Shown here one piece after another: positions 1 through 11,880 of a stretch of 64,000 nucleotides of DNA (position 1 is the first letter of the stretch; each line of letters opens with the position of its first letter). The stretch is from the NCBI GenBank assembly GCA_024137785.1, contig JAHRHZ010000221.1, positions 1 through 64,000 of the forward strand, given 5' to 3'. The DNA comes from Ginglymostoma cirratum. Lineage: Eukaryota. The translations under genes were made by a program, and so were the position numbers. The notes under the pieces are model-generated. The model did not search any database. It was not told the DNA's origin and saw only the letters and a program-made list of their open reading frames with translations.

Positions 1-165
1 CTCTATCCATCCTCTATCCGCCTCCCCCTCTCTCCCTATTTATTTCAGAACCCTCTTCCCCTCCCCCATTTCTGATGAAGGGTTTAGGCCCGAAACGTCA
101 AGTTTTCCTGCTCCTATGATGCTGCTTGACCTGCTGTGTTCATCCAGCTCCACACCTTGTTATCC
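1..165 (+). mobile_element. Penelope-like element terminal repeat (pLTR/3' end) fragment
   Basis: Closely matches the 3' end of the GIY-YIG element at 10790-10935 (tttatttcaga...gaaggg...gaaacgtca...tgatgctgcttg.cctgctgtgttc.tccagctccacac). Confidence 0.8.
68..103 (+). ncRNA. Minimal type I hammerhead ribozyme motif (Penelope-associated)
   Basis: CTGATGA core at 72-78; stem II GGGT/GCCC at 80-83/88-91; GAAAC at 92-96; GTC cleavage triplet at 97-99; stem I ATTT(68-71)/AAGT(100-103). Confidence 0.65.
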
Positions 166-939
166 CTGGGATCCTGCTGTGCCATCTCTCTGTCTCTCTC
201 TCTCTCTCTAAAGATTTCCATGCTGTGTATTTGAACGGATCCTGTCTCTTTTTCTCCCAGGGAATTGTTGTTCGCTCAGAAGATCCAAAGAGAGAGAGAG
301 TGTGTTTGGGACAAGGTGACCTTTGAACAAGAGCATTCTCCAAGAGTGGGGGCCATGGTTGTGAGGCCTGAGGCCTGTATGACAGGATGTGCCCCGTGTG
401 GCCTATGCGAGTTGTGCCTGTTAATTAGCCCGAGGTTTGATTTTCTCTGCGGGACCCTGGTTTGTTCAGGGGCCTCTGGTTAGCCGCGTGCGGTCAGATT
501 GCGGCCCTGCGGTTTTAAAACAGGTTTGAAACCTGGGGTTAGAGTAGCCAGAGCCTTGGGATATGACACAAACATGTCAACCCAGCAAATGTCTGACAGA
601 CAGGACTCCCCAAAGAGGAAATTAAAACCCAAAATGTGAAACCTTTCCTAAAGTCTTGTTGTAATGTCGAAGTCATGTGGGATATGTGTGGGCCAGGGTG
701 ATAGAATTTGAGAGTCACATCAATAAAACACAGCTTGGCCATTTTAATCCAATTCACCGACGATGTGAGGCAGTCTCTCTGTCCACCTCTCCCTCTCCTC
801 TCTAGAACCCTCACCAACTTTCTTTTGTTGTTTTATAAACTGATAAAACATCCCACAGACAGCAATGTGCCTCATCATTACTTTAAAATGGGGAGATAGA
901 AATACTTTTCAGAACGAGGTGATTTCTGTGACGGAGGAG

Positions 940-1760
940 GTAAGGAAGGAAAAATAGATATGGACAGAGAGAGAATGTGAGGGAGAGAGGGAGAGAGAGA
1001 GAGAGACAGAGAGATGAAGGGGTAAGAAATGAAAAATAGATGTGGACAGAGAGAAAGTGTGTGTGAGACAGGGAGAGAGAGGAAGAAGGTGGGACTTTGT
1101 TTGGAATGTCCCCAGTTGCCCCNNNNNNNNNNNNNNNNNNNNNNNNNNNNNNNNNNNNNNNNNNNNNNNNNNNNNNNNNNNNNNNNNNNNNNNNNNNNNN
1201 NNNNNNNNNNNNNNNNNNNNNNNNNNNNNNNNNNNNNNNNNNNNNNNNNNNNNNNNNNNNNNNNNNNNNNNNNNNNNNNNNNNNNNNNNNNNNNNNNNNN
1301 NNNNNNNNNNNNNNNNNNNNNNNNNNNNNNNNNNNNNNNNNNNNNNNNNNNNNNNNNNNNNNNNNNNNNNNNNNNNNNNNNNNNNNNNNNNNNNNNNNNN
1401 NNNNNNNNNNNNNNNNNNNNNNNNNNNNNNNNNNNNNNNNNNNNNNNNNNNNNNNNNNNNNNNNNNNNNNCAGAGAGACNNNNNNNNNNCAGAGAGAGAG
1501 AGACAGACAGCGACAGAGAGACAGAGAGAGAGAGACGGGGACAGAGAGACCAAGAGAGACAAAGTGAGTCAGCATCTGAGGAAACTGTGGTCGATGGTGG
1601 AGTTTTCTCTGTCTCTCCGTCTCTAGAAGCAGGACCCAACACATCAGGGAAAATTATAACATGGGATAGAGGGAAAGAAACAGAGACGTTGACAAAGAGA
1701 GAAAGGAAGACACAGACAGGAACAGAAAGAGAGTGAATGAAACAGGGACAGAGAGAGATA
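940..1760. repeat. GA-rich low-complexity/microsatellite tract spanning assembly gaps
   Basis: (GA)n/(GAGACA)n runs flanking N runs at 1123-1470 and 1480-1489. Confidence 0.85.
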
Positions 1761-2759
1761 CACATAGGTGGGGGTTGCAGTGTCTCAGTCTTTCCAGTCT
1801 CTGGTTTATAACCGCAGGATGTGTTCCTATGGAAGTGTAGTGGCATGTGGGATCTTGCTGTGCAGTTGCTCCTCCATCCCAACAGCAGCCCTCTGGGGGA
1901 GGGTGGAGGTTGGCGTTGGGGAATGGAGTCAGGAGCCTGTGAGGGGACAGTGCGTGCATTGGCAGGGAGTCACATTTGTGAATTGGTGGCAATTGGAGGG
2001 GATTGTTCAGGTGGACAGGTGCCTCAGTCCTGCGGGTGCTGTATCAATGCGGGCTGTGGGACTCAGGGACAGGGACGCTGGGGGGCGGAGGGGGAGGGGG
2101 TGGTAGTTAGATGTAGAGGTGGTAGAAACTGCAGGGTCTGACCCTCCCTCCTGCCTGACAAACAGAACACGTCTCCTCTCTCAATTAATGGGTGACCATT
2201 CTCATGTTGTGGGATATCATGGTGGGGGGTGGGAGCGCAAGAGAGAGAGAGACGTAGAGAGAGAGTATGAGACGGGGGAGGGACAGAGAGAGACTGAGAG
2301 AGAAATTGTGAGACAGGGAGAGAGAGAGAGAGAGAGAGACCCACCGTAAGAAACTTGACTGTGAAGGTGCTGGCAACTGTGGGATCCTGCTGCGTAAAGA
2401 GAAAATTACCTGCAGACCTCCTAAACGTCATCGTCTTCAATGTTCTCCAGTGTGGGCTGGGCCAGCTGGTGGGATCCTGCTGTGCAGAATTTCCTTCACT
2501 CCAATGTCAGCCCCAATCTGGTGTGGACGGTGGTGAGGGGGTGGGGAGAGGTGGAGGTGCGTTGCTGAAGGGTGGGGGAGGGTCTCTGTCAGGGTGCTGA
2601 AGAGACAGGCCGGTGCTCTCACACAGGGCTGCCCATGGGATCTTGCTGTGCCAGTCCCCAGGGACCTGTTGGGTTCAGTTTGCTGCTGGAGTCTGATGGT
2701 GGGTGGAGTGTATTACTCTCCCATCCCCAATCCCAACCCGAAACTCAGCTCTCATCACC

Positions 2760-3550
2760 CCCTCACCACACACTCACACGTTCACACATACTGACACACA
2801 CACACGCGCGCGCGCACACTCACTCTCTAAGACTCACACACTCTCACACTGACACTCACACTGACACACACACACNNNNNNNNNNNNNNNNNNNNNNNNN
2901 NNNNNNNNNNNNNNNNNNNNNNNNNNNNNNNNNNNNNNNNNNNNNNNNNNNNNNNNNNNNNNNNNNNNNNNNNNNNNNNNNNNNNNNNNNNNNNNNNNNN
3001 NNNNNNNNNNNNNNNNNNNNNNNNNNNNNNNNNNNNNNNNNNNNNNNNNNNNNNNNNTCACACTCTCACACACACATACACTCTCACACACACAGACACA
3101 GTCACACTCACACACACACTCAACACACACACATACACACACTCATATTCACACGCAGTCACANNNNNNNNNNNNNNNNNNNNNNNNNNNNNNNNNNNNN
3201 NNNNNNNNNNNNNNNNNNNNNNNNNNNNNNNNNNNNNNNNNNNNNNNNNNNNNNNNNNNNNNNNNNNNNNNNNNNNNNNNNNNNNNNNNNNNNNNCACTC
3301 ACACACTCTCTTACACACACAGACACACACACANNNNNNNNNNNNNNNNNNNNNNNNNNNNNNNNNNNNNNNNNNNNNNNNNNNNNNNNNNNNNNNNNNN
3401 NNNNNNNNNNNNNNNNNNNNNNNNNNNNNNNNNNNNNNNNNNNNNNNNNNNNNNNNNNNNNNNNNNNNNNNNNNNNNNNNNNNNNNNNNNNNNNNNNNNN
3501 NNNNNNNNNNNNNNNNNNNNNNNNNNNNNNNNNNNNNNNNNNNNNNNNNN
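2760..3550. repeat. (CA)n-rich microsatellite tract with assembly gaps
   Basis: CACA/CACT runs flanking N runs at 2876-3057, 3164-3295 and 3334-3550. Confidence 0.85.
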
Positions 3551-4159
3551 TCGCTAATATCCGCACGACAGGCCAGTGAGATGGGAACATATTTCAAACG
3601 TGAGGCAGAAGGGACCTTTTGATCAAAGTGTAGAGGAAAACAGAGAGAGAGATGTCAATCAATTCTCGAGAGTAGTGGAAAGGTGAACAGAGATGGAGAG
3701 GTGGATGGGGACAGAGAGAGAGAAAGGGGGAACGAAATGAAAGTGAGAGAGGGGAGTGAAAGAGAGAGAGAGAGAGAGAGAGGTGACTGTTGTAGATGTG
3801 GAAGGTTCATCGATATTTTGTGTAGAAAGAGTAGCAATTGCAGACAAAGTGGGCTTGGGGCTGTGGGCGATAAACAGCAGTGGGACAGACAGGGCATCAG
3901 TCTGTGTTTTACCCCACCCTTGCCCCTGAAATGTGACGGAGAAACAGCTGGAGGGGGCAGGTTAAACACGGAGGGAGAGACGGGGGTGAGAGAGAGAGAG
4001 AGGGGAGGGGAGAGAGAGACACAGGCTCTGGGAGTAACCCCCTGCCACTGAGTCACTGCCTGGGCCCTGAGAAAATAAAAGGGACACTGGGGGCAGTTAG
4101 AAAGCATTTGCCCCTCGGTCCCAGTTGAAAATCTGTCCCTGTTTAAAATTGGAGGGTGG

Positions 4160-4395
4160 GGAGAGACCTTGGCATTGTGGCATTATCGCTGGACTATTAA
4201 CCCGCAGACCCGGGTCAGGCTGTGAAACCATTGTCTGCTGTTGGGGCAAAAAAAAGCCCCATTTGGCTCACCGATGTCATTTAGAAAAGGAAATGTGCTG
4301 TCTTCACCTGGTCTGGCCCATGGCAACTACCTTCTGGGCAATTAGGGATGGGGCAGCTAGCGACATTGGCAGCCCATCAACGTAGGAACAAAAAT
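4160..4395 (+). mobile_element. Degenerate tRNA-derived SINE (same family as 42485-42795)
   Basis: Head ggcattgtggcattatcgctggactattaa; body tcac..atgtc.tttag..aaggaaat...cacctggtctggcc; tail gggcaattagggatggg. Confidence 0.7.
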
Positions 4396-4665
4396 CACAA
4401 GATAGGCAAACCGGTCTCGGGAATGGGATGGGATTTCCAAACGTGGCTCACTGGACCAACAAGTCTGCGTTTCTCGCCACAGATGCTGCCAGGCCTGCTG
4501 GGTTTCTCCAGCACTTCCTGAGTTTTTGTTGTTGTTTCAGATCCCCAGCATCCGCAGTTCTTGGTTTTATTTTAGTGCAGTCAGGTCTTCTGTTTGCTGG
4601 TGCAGGCACAACGGGATGAATGGCCTCTTTCTGTGCGAGAAAAGTCTACAAGCAAATCTGTCAAA

Positions 4666-5240
4666 TTACAACAGGCAACTACTCAGCAACCGGTGTCTAT
4701 TGTGTTTAACCTGTAACAGGCAACTACTCAGCAACCGGTGTCTATTGTGTTCGACCTGTAACAGGCAACTACTGAGTAACCGGTGTCTATTGTGTTCGAC
4801 CTGTAACAGGCAACTACTCAGCAANNNNNNNNNNTCTATTGTGTTCGACCTGTAACAGGCAACTACTCAGCAACCGGTGTCAGTTGTGTACAACCTGTAA
4901 CAGGCCTCTACTGAGTAACCAGTGTCAGTTGTGTTTGACGTGAAACAGGCCACTGCTCAGTAACCAGCGTCGATTGTGTTCAACCTGTAACAGGCAACTA
5001 CTCAGCAACCGGTGTCTATTGTGTTTAACCTGTAACAGGCAACTACTCAGCAACCGGTGTCTATTGTGTTTAACCTGTAACAGGCAACTACTCAGCAACC
5101 GGTGTCTATCGTGTTTAACCTGTAACAGGCAACTACTGAGTAACCGGTGTCTATTGTGTTTGACGTGAAACAGGCCACTGCTCAGTAACCAGCGTCGATT
5201 GTGTTCAACCTGTAACAGGCCACTACTCAGCAACCGGTGT
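4666..5240. repeat. 45-bp tandem minisatellite
   Basis: Unit CTGTAACAGGCAACTACTCAGCAACCGGTGTCTATTGTGTTTAAC, roughly 12-13 copies; explains the 15-aa periodic ORFs. Confidence 0.95.
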
Positions 5241-5341
5241 TGACTGGGAGAATTCGTTACTGCCTGGCAACTGACGTGAACTGTTTCCAACTGACCCCAC
5301 AAACCACTTACAGCTGTTGGGGAAAAGTGTTGAGACCAAAT

Positions 5342-5495
5342 GGTGGCACAGTGTGTCTCACGGCAATGGGGGAACCAGGTCCGATTCCACCCTTGGGTGA
5401 ACGTCTGTGTGGAGTTTTCACGTTTTCCCTTTTGTCTGCGTGGGCTTCCTGACACCTGCTCCGGTTTGCTCCCACCGTCCAAAGACGTGCATGTT
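5342..5495 (+). mobile_element. HE1/V-SINE 5' half (interrupted)
   Basis: ggtggcacagtg head and V-domain-like gtctgtgtggagttt.cac.tt.tccc...tctgcgtggg...ctccggttt.ctccca...tccaaaga.gtgca; continues at 8741. Confidence 0.75.
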
Positions 5496-5711
5496 CAGAA
5501 GGTGGTGGTGGACTGGGCAGTATGTGGGCTCCTCAGCCTAGGGCACACCCATTTTGTAGTTGTTTTCTTTTCTCGTTCTTCTGTCTCTTGTAATTTTTTA
5601 AATTGCTTTTGAGAAGCCTACCTTGGACCAGCCATGTAGAGCAGGCTGGGGGCGTGGACAGGAGTGGGCTGGAGGCTCGAGCAGAGTGGGGACACCTAGT
5701 GTTCTGGAGGG

Positions 5712-8410
5712 CCAAGTATAGCATTGTTGTTGCTGTTCCAGAGACTTGGTTAAGGGAGGGACAGGATTGGCAGCTTAATGTTCCAGGATACAGATGTTTC
5801 AGACAGGATAGAGGGGGATATAGAAGGGGTGGGGGAGTGTTAAGGAGAATAACACAGCTATACTGCGGGAGGTCACCTCAGGTGGCTCATACAGAGAGGC
5901 AACATGGGTAGAGCTCAGGAACAGGAAGGGCGCTATCACCATGTTTGGGGTTTACTATAGGCCTCCCAGCAGCCAGCAGAAGATAGAAGAACAGATATGT
6001 AGGCAGATTTAGAGCAAGTTGTAAAAGTAACCAAGTTGTAGTCATGGGTGATTTTAACTTCCCATATATTGACTGGGACTCACTCGGTGCTTGGGGCTCA
6101 AGTGGGGCAGAGCTTGTAAGGATCATCCAGGAGAGCTTCTTGAAACTGTATGTAGATAGTCCAACTAGGAAAGGGGCCATACTGGATCTAGTATTGGGGA
6201 ATGAGCCTGGCCAGGGCATTGACGTCTCAGTAGGGGAGCAGCTCGGGAACAGTGATCACAATTCAGTAAGCTTTAAGGTACTGATGGATAAAGATCGGTG
6301 TAGTTGTCAGGTGAAGGTGCTAAATTGGGGGAAGGCTAATTACAACAGTATTAGGCAGGAACTGAAGAAATGTAGGTTGGAGGCAGATGTTTGAGGTCAA
6401 ATCAACATATGGTATGTGGGAGGCTTTCAAGTGTGAGTTGCTGAGAACTCAGGACCAGCACGTTCCTGTAAGGATGAAGGATAAGTATAGCAAGTTAAGG
6501 GAACCATGGATAATAAGAGATATTGTGAGCCTAATCAAAAAGAAAAAGGAAGCATTTCTCAAGGCTAGGAGGCTGGGATCACATGCAGCGAGGGTGGAAT
6601 ACAAGGAAAGTCAAAAGAAACTTTAGCAAGGAGTCAGGAGGGCTAAAAGGGGTCATGAAAAGTCATTGGCGAACAGGGTTAAGGAAAATCCCAAGGCTTT
6701 TTATACATAGATAAAGAGCAAGAGGGTAGCCAGGCAGAGGGTTGGCCCACTCAAGGACAGGGAAGGGAACTTATGTGTGGAGCCAGAGGAAATGGCTGAG
6801 GTATTAAATGAGTACTTTGCAACAGTATTCACCATGGAAAAGGACTCGGTGGATGATGAGTCTGGAGAAGGAGCTTTAGATAGTTTGGGTCATGTTGAAA
6901 TCAAAAGGGAGGAGGTGTCGGGGGTCTTGGAAAACATTAAAGTAGACAAGTTCCCAGAGTCTGATGGGATAGAGAGGCAAGGGAGGAAATTGCTGGGGCC
7001 TTGAGGGAAATCTTTGTATCCTCACTGGCTACAGGGGAGGTCCCAGAGGATTGGAGAATAGCCAATGTTATTCCTTTGTTTAAGAAGGGTGGCAAGGATA
7101 ATCCAGCTAATTACAGGCCGGTGAGCCTTACGTCAGTGGTAGGGAAATTATCGAAGAGGATTCTTTGAGACAGGATTTACTCCCACCTGGAAATCAATGG
7201 GCGTATTTGCAAGAGGAAACATGGTTTTGTGAATTCACCAACTTGGTTGAGTTTTTTGAGGAAGTGACACAGATGATCGATGAGGGTAGGGCAGTGGATG
7301 TGGTCTACATGGACTTCAGTAAGGCCTTTAACAAGATCCCTCACAGCAGGCTGATACAGAAGGTAAAGTCGCACGGGGTCAGAGCTTGCAAGATGGATAA
7401 AAAAACTGGCTTGGTCACAGAAGACGGAGGGTAGCAGTGGAAGGGTGTGTTTCTGAATGGAGGGCTGTGACTAGTGGCGTTCCTCAGGGATCAGTGTTGG
7501 GACCTTTGCCAATTGTAGTATATATAAATGATTTAGAGGAGTCTGATTAGTAAGTCTGCTGATGACATAAAGGTTGGTAAGATTGCAGATAGTGAGAAGG
7601 ACAATCAAAGGATACAGCTGGATATGGATCGGTTGGTGACTTGGGCGGAGAGGTGGCAGATGGAGTTAAACCCGGAAAAATATGTGGTAATGCATTTTGT
7701 TAGGTCTAATCCAGATGGAAAATATATAGTAAATGGCAGAGCCCTTAAGAGTACTGATAGGCAAAGAGATCTGGGTGTACAGGTACACAGGTCACTGAAA
7801 GTGGCAACGCAAGTAGAAAAGGTAGTCAACAAGGCATTTGGCATGCTTGCCTTCATCGGCTGGGGCACTGAGTTTAAAAATTGGCAGGTAATGTTGCAGC
7901 TTTATAGAACCTTAGTTAGGCCGCATTTGGAATATTGTGTTCAATTCCAGAAGGATGCGGTGGCCTTGGAGAGGGTACTGAAAATATTTACCAGGATGTT
8001 GCCTGGTATGGAGGGCATTAGCTACGAGAAGAGGTTGGAGAAACTTGAGTTGTTCCCACTGGAACGATGGAGGTTGAGGGGCGATCTGATAGAGGCCTAC
8101 AAGATTATGAAGGACATGGACAGAGTGGATAGCCAGAAGCTTTTTCCCAGGGTGGAAGAGTCAGTTACCAGGGGCCGTGGGTTTAAGGTGCGAGGGCAAG
8201 GTTTAAAGGTGATGTACGAGGGGAAATTTTTTACACAGAGGGTGGTGGGTGCCTGGAACTCGCTGCCGGGGGAAATAGTGGATGGGAATAGAGGGATACG
8301 GCCCCCGGAAGGGTAGGGGGTTTTAGTTGTGACAGGCAGCATGTCGGTGCAGGCTTGGAGGGCTGAAGGGCCTGTTCTTGTTTTGTAATTTTCTTCTTTG
8401 TTCTTTGTTC
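5712..8410 (+). mobile_element. CR1 LINE, 5'-truncated ORF2 (APE endonuclease + RT), disrupted
   Basis: ETWL...[47 protein letters not shown] motifs; tgttctt tail. Confidence 0.92.
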
Positions 8411-8660
8411 AGAGAAGGGACGGCCAGCAGGCTGGAGGTTCGAACAGTGTGGGGACGGCCAGTGGGCTGGAGGATCAGAGCAGAGCAGGGATGGTCAGGG
8501 GCTGGAGGCTCGAGCAGAGCGGGTACGTTCAGGGGGCTGGAGGTTCAAACAGACAGGGGACGGCCAGGGAGCTGAAGGCTCAAGCAGAGGGGACGGCCAG
8601 GGGGCTGGAGGATCAGAGCAGAGCAGGCATGGTCTGGGGACTGGAACATCGAGGGGAGAG
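8411..8660. repeat. Degenerate ~33-bp G-rich tandem repeat
   Basis: Repeated ggggacggccagggggctggaggttcgagcagag; also at 5640-5710 on the other side of the CR1. Confidence 0.8.
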
Positions 8661-8740
8661 GTGACAACATTGTAATCTTTTCACTGTACTCCTGCACTTC
8701 CATACTTGAGTGCATGCGACAATAAAGGAAATTCTACTCT

Positions 8741-8915
8741 AGGTTAGGGTGGCCGGCCGTATGAAATTGCCCCGTCGTGTCAGGGGATGCACAGGCTAGG
8801 TGTGTTACCTGTGGTAAATGCAGAATTACAGGGGTAGGGGTGGGATGCTGTTTGCAGGGTCAGTGCTGACTGGATGGGCCGAATGGCCTCTTTCTGCTCT
8901 GCAGGGATTCTATGA
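8741..8915 (+). mobile_element. HE1/V-SINE 3' half
   Basis: aggttagggtgg...aaattgccc...gatgggccgaatggcctctttctgctctgcagggattctatga, the CR1-type tail of HE1. Confidence 0.75.
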
Positions 8916-9078
8916 TGTTAAGCTAAGGGGACGGGTCCAAGCTGTTTCCGCGATCAACGTGAGGAATTGAGCTGTTTTGCCTGCATCACACGGCGAGAGG
9001 ATGATACCGGGAAGTCAGTAAGTGTGACTGGGAGAGGGAGTGCCTGTTGTTGGGAGTGAGTCAGTGCCTACCGGAAGT

Positions 9079-9295
9079 GCAGTTACCTGTGGGGAGGGAA
9101 TGCTGTGATGGATGAGGCCGTCCCATTGCACTTGGGCGTTGCTGGTTGCTGGTTGCTGGTTGCTGGTTGCTGGTTGCTGGTTGCTGGTTGCTGGTTGCTG
9201 GTTGCTGGTTGCTGGTTGCTGGTTGCTGGGCCCAAATGCGGGATTCTCGACTGCGGAATTTGTGGTAGTGGGGTGTGCGTTGGTGCTCTCCCATG
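9079..9295 (+). pseudogene. RNU1: U1 snRNA-like variant/pseudogene with internal microsatellite expansion
   Basis: AGTTACCTG (9081-9089; U1 has ACTTACCTG); U1A loop ATTGCAC (9125-9131); CCCAAATGCGGGATTCTCGACTGC; Sm site AATTTGTGG (9257-9265); SL4 TAGTGGGG..TGCGTT..GCTCTCCC.TG. Confidence 0.85.
9138..9228. repeat. Perfect (GTTGCTG)13 microsatellite
   Basis: 91 bp = 13 x 7 with no mismatches. Confidence 0.97.
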
Positions 9296-9741
9296 ATTGA
9301 TCAGCCAATAACGAGAGATACCCTGCTGTGCTCAACCAGCCCCATGCCTTGTTACCCTTTTGCCCAAAAGGGGGCGCGCTGTGTGCATGTATGTGTGCTT
9401 TTTTTTCACTGCAGTTTGTAACAAGGTAGACGTGATAACCATCGAATCAAATCAGAATCAGCAGATCTAGCAGTGTCCGCGGAGGGAGTGCGACGTCTTC
9501 AAAACTGAAAGACTTTGGAAAATTGCTTCCTTTTAGTCACCAGGCAAAGGCGGAGGAGGGGCTGTGCTTGATACGGAGAGCTGGGCAAAAGACAAAGTGG
9601 TTGTAAATGGTGGTGACAGAGGTACAGATGCAAGATGGTTTTAAGTTCAGGTGTGAAAGGGAGAGAATGGATCTGATGGTAGAGCAAATAAGACCCAAGG
9701 CTGGGCGTTTTGGGAGTGGTGAGGGGAGACATACATGCGGA

Positions 9742-10965
9742 TATTCTCTCTTCCCTCCTCTGATCTCCTCTTACCCACCCTCCTGCAAGAACGTGATCCT
9801 GTATTCCCAATTCCTCCACTGCGTCTGCTCCCAAGATGGGGGCGTTCCATTCCTGAACATCCCAGATGTCCTCCTATTTCAAGGACTGTAACTTCCCCCC
9901 CCTCCCCGCCCCACCCCAGTGATCAAAAATTCCCTCAACTGTATCACTTGCATTTCCCGCACTTCTTCTGCTGTCACATCCCCTCCCACCAACAAAGACA
10001 GAATCCCCCTTGTCCTCACATATCACCCCACAACGTCCACATCCAATGTATCATTCTCCGCCACTTCCGCCACCTACAATCCGACCCCACGACCAAAGAA
10101 ATATTTTCCTCCCCACCCCTATCTGCCTTCCGTAGGGACCACTTTCTCCACGACTCCCCCGTCCGCTCCACACTCCCTACTAACCCCACCATCACCCCGG
10201 CACCTTTCCCTGCAACCGCAGGAAGTGCTACACCTGTCCCTACACTCCCCCCACCACCTCCATTCAAGGCACAAAACAAATCTTCCATATCAGACAGGGG
10301 TTCACCTATGCATCTGTCAACTTGGTCTACTGTATCTGCTACTCCCGATGTGGCCTCCTCTACATCGGTGAGACCAGGCGTAGACTCGGAGACTGTTTTG
10401 TCAAGCATCTGTGCTCTGTTCGTGACAAATGACAACACCTTCTGGGTGCGAACTATTTTCACTTCCCCCTCCCACTCGCTGGGTGACATGTCCATTCTGG
10501 GCCTCCTCCAGTGTCACAATGACGCCACCCAGAAACTGGAGGAGCAGCACCTCATATTCTGCCTGGGGCGCCTACAGCCCGATGGCCTGAACATAGAATT
10601 CACCAGTTTTAAAATCGCCCCATCCCCGGCCTCATCCCATGTCCAAACCTCCCTCTCATCCCCACCTCCTTGACCTGACATGACCTGTCCATCTTCCCTC
10701 CCACCTATCCACCCCACCCATCCCACTGACCAATTCCCACCACTCCCTTCCTGCACTCACCTATCAACATTCCAACCACCTTCCCCAACCCCACCCCTCC
10801 TCTCTCTCTTTATTTCAGAGCTCCCCTACCCCTCCCCATTTCCAAAGAAGGGTCTGGACCTGAAACGTCAGTTTTTCTGCTCCTCTGATGCTGCTTGGCC
10901 TGCTGTGTTCCTCCAGCTCCACACTGTGTTGTCTCTGAGACCAGCATCTGCAGTTCTTGCTATCT
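9742..10965 (+). mobile_element. Penelope-like retroelement, 3' part with GIY-YIG endonuclease
   Basis: 10292-10411 reads RQGFTYASVNLVYCICYSRCGLLYIGETRRRLGDCFVKHL; also RIPLVLTYHP and KLEEQHLIFCLGRLQPDGLNIEF; pLTR-like tail with a decayed hammerhead. Confidence 0.9.
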
Positions 10966-11699
10966 CTTCCTTGCCTTTCCCTGTTTATAAAGTCAATGTC
11001 AGAGCTGTGCTAACATGAAATGGCTGCCGTGAACAAACCTAAAATGGCTGACTGACTGACTCCGACATCTATCGTCCTGGCTGTGCAGATTAAAACACAT
11101 CTCACCCTTTTTGTACGTTATCATCTCTCAGCCTCCTGCAGATGGAATACAGCGAGATGTGAACTGATGGTTTTTGGATGTTAGACTGAGGAGGGACAGT
11201 GTAAATAAATGGTACAATATTAAACTGGCTGCAGGAACAGAGCAGCCTTCAGTTTGGGTCTGGAATTCTGTCAGCACAGGAGAGGGGAAATGTGTCAGAA
11301 GCTGTTCACATTCATACATTCCTGCCTGGTAGAAATTTGTTTGTTTTGCAGAAGCAGATGTAGAACACTGTCAGAAGGGATATGCAAGTTTTGATTCATA
11401 AAGATGCAAATTCTAGGACCTCTTTGAAGTCACTGCCCTGAGATAGTTCAATGTTACATCAGTGTTGGTCTTGCTTACCAAGATTTCAGAGCGGTAAAAA
11501 TAGAAATTGGGTCAGCCACCCAATTTGTGAGGCCTTGTTCAGAATCTGTTAGATTTTTAACCTGCAATCCGACTAGTTATATCCTGAAAGCAGGACCTTA
11601 TAAAATTCCACATTGTCCTACTGTGGCTTCTAATTTTGTTATTTTAAAATAAAAATGGATCTACTATTAAACAAGCCTCCTTCGAATTGTGTGTTATTG

Positions 11700-11880
11700 A
11701 TGTATATTTGTGCAGGAGTAAGTGTGCATGTGCAAGATTGAGTGTGACAGTGAGGGAGTGAGTATGCATGTGAGGATAAAGATGTGACTGATGGAGTGAG
11801 TGTGACTGTGAGGGAGTGAGTGTGTGCATGTGTGTGAGAAACCGAGTGTGTATGTGTGTCTGTCTATGTGAGTGAAGGAG
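11700..11880. repeat. (TG/TGAG)-rich low-complexity tract
   Basis: Visible gtgt/gagt repetition. Confidence 0.7.

Larger units (their letters stand above)
5496..8740 (+). mobile_element. Non-autonomous element with Rex1/Babar-like 3' tail, carrying a G-rich ~33-bp repeat and a nested CR1
   Basis: Tail cttttcactgtact...gacaataaa resembles the Rex1 tail at 30352-30400; same layout as 51510-52560; flanked by atgtt/aggtt. Confidence 0.55.

Noticed and set aside
167-2650. Five dispersed copies of GGGATC(C/T)TGCTG(T/C)G
   Set aside because: They resemble a common SINE-derived motif in low-complexity surroundings, with no regular spacing or associated structure.
878-3597. Long ORFs in the ORF track
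   Set aside because: Artefacts of N gaps and GA/CA microsatellites.
4666-5240. Regular repeats as a CRISPR-like array
   Set aside because: Head-to-tail units with no unique spacers, in eukaryotic DNA.
8411-8660. G-rich GGGCTGGAG repeats as an Ig switch-like region
   Set aside because: They are ~51 kb upstream of V, short, and internal to a retroelement.
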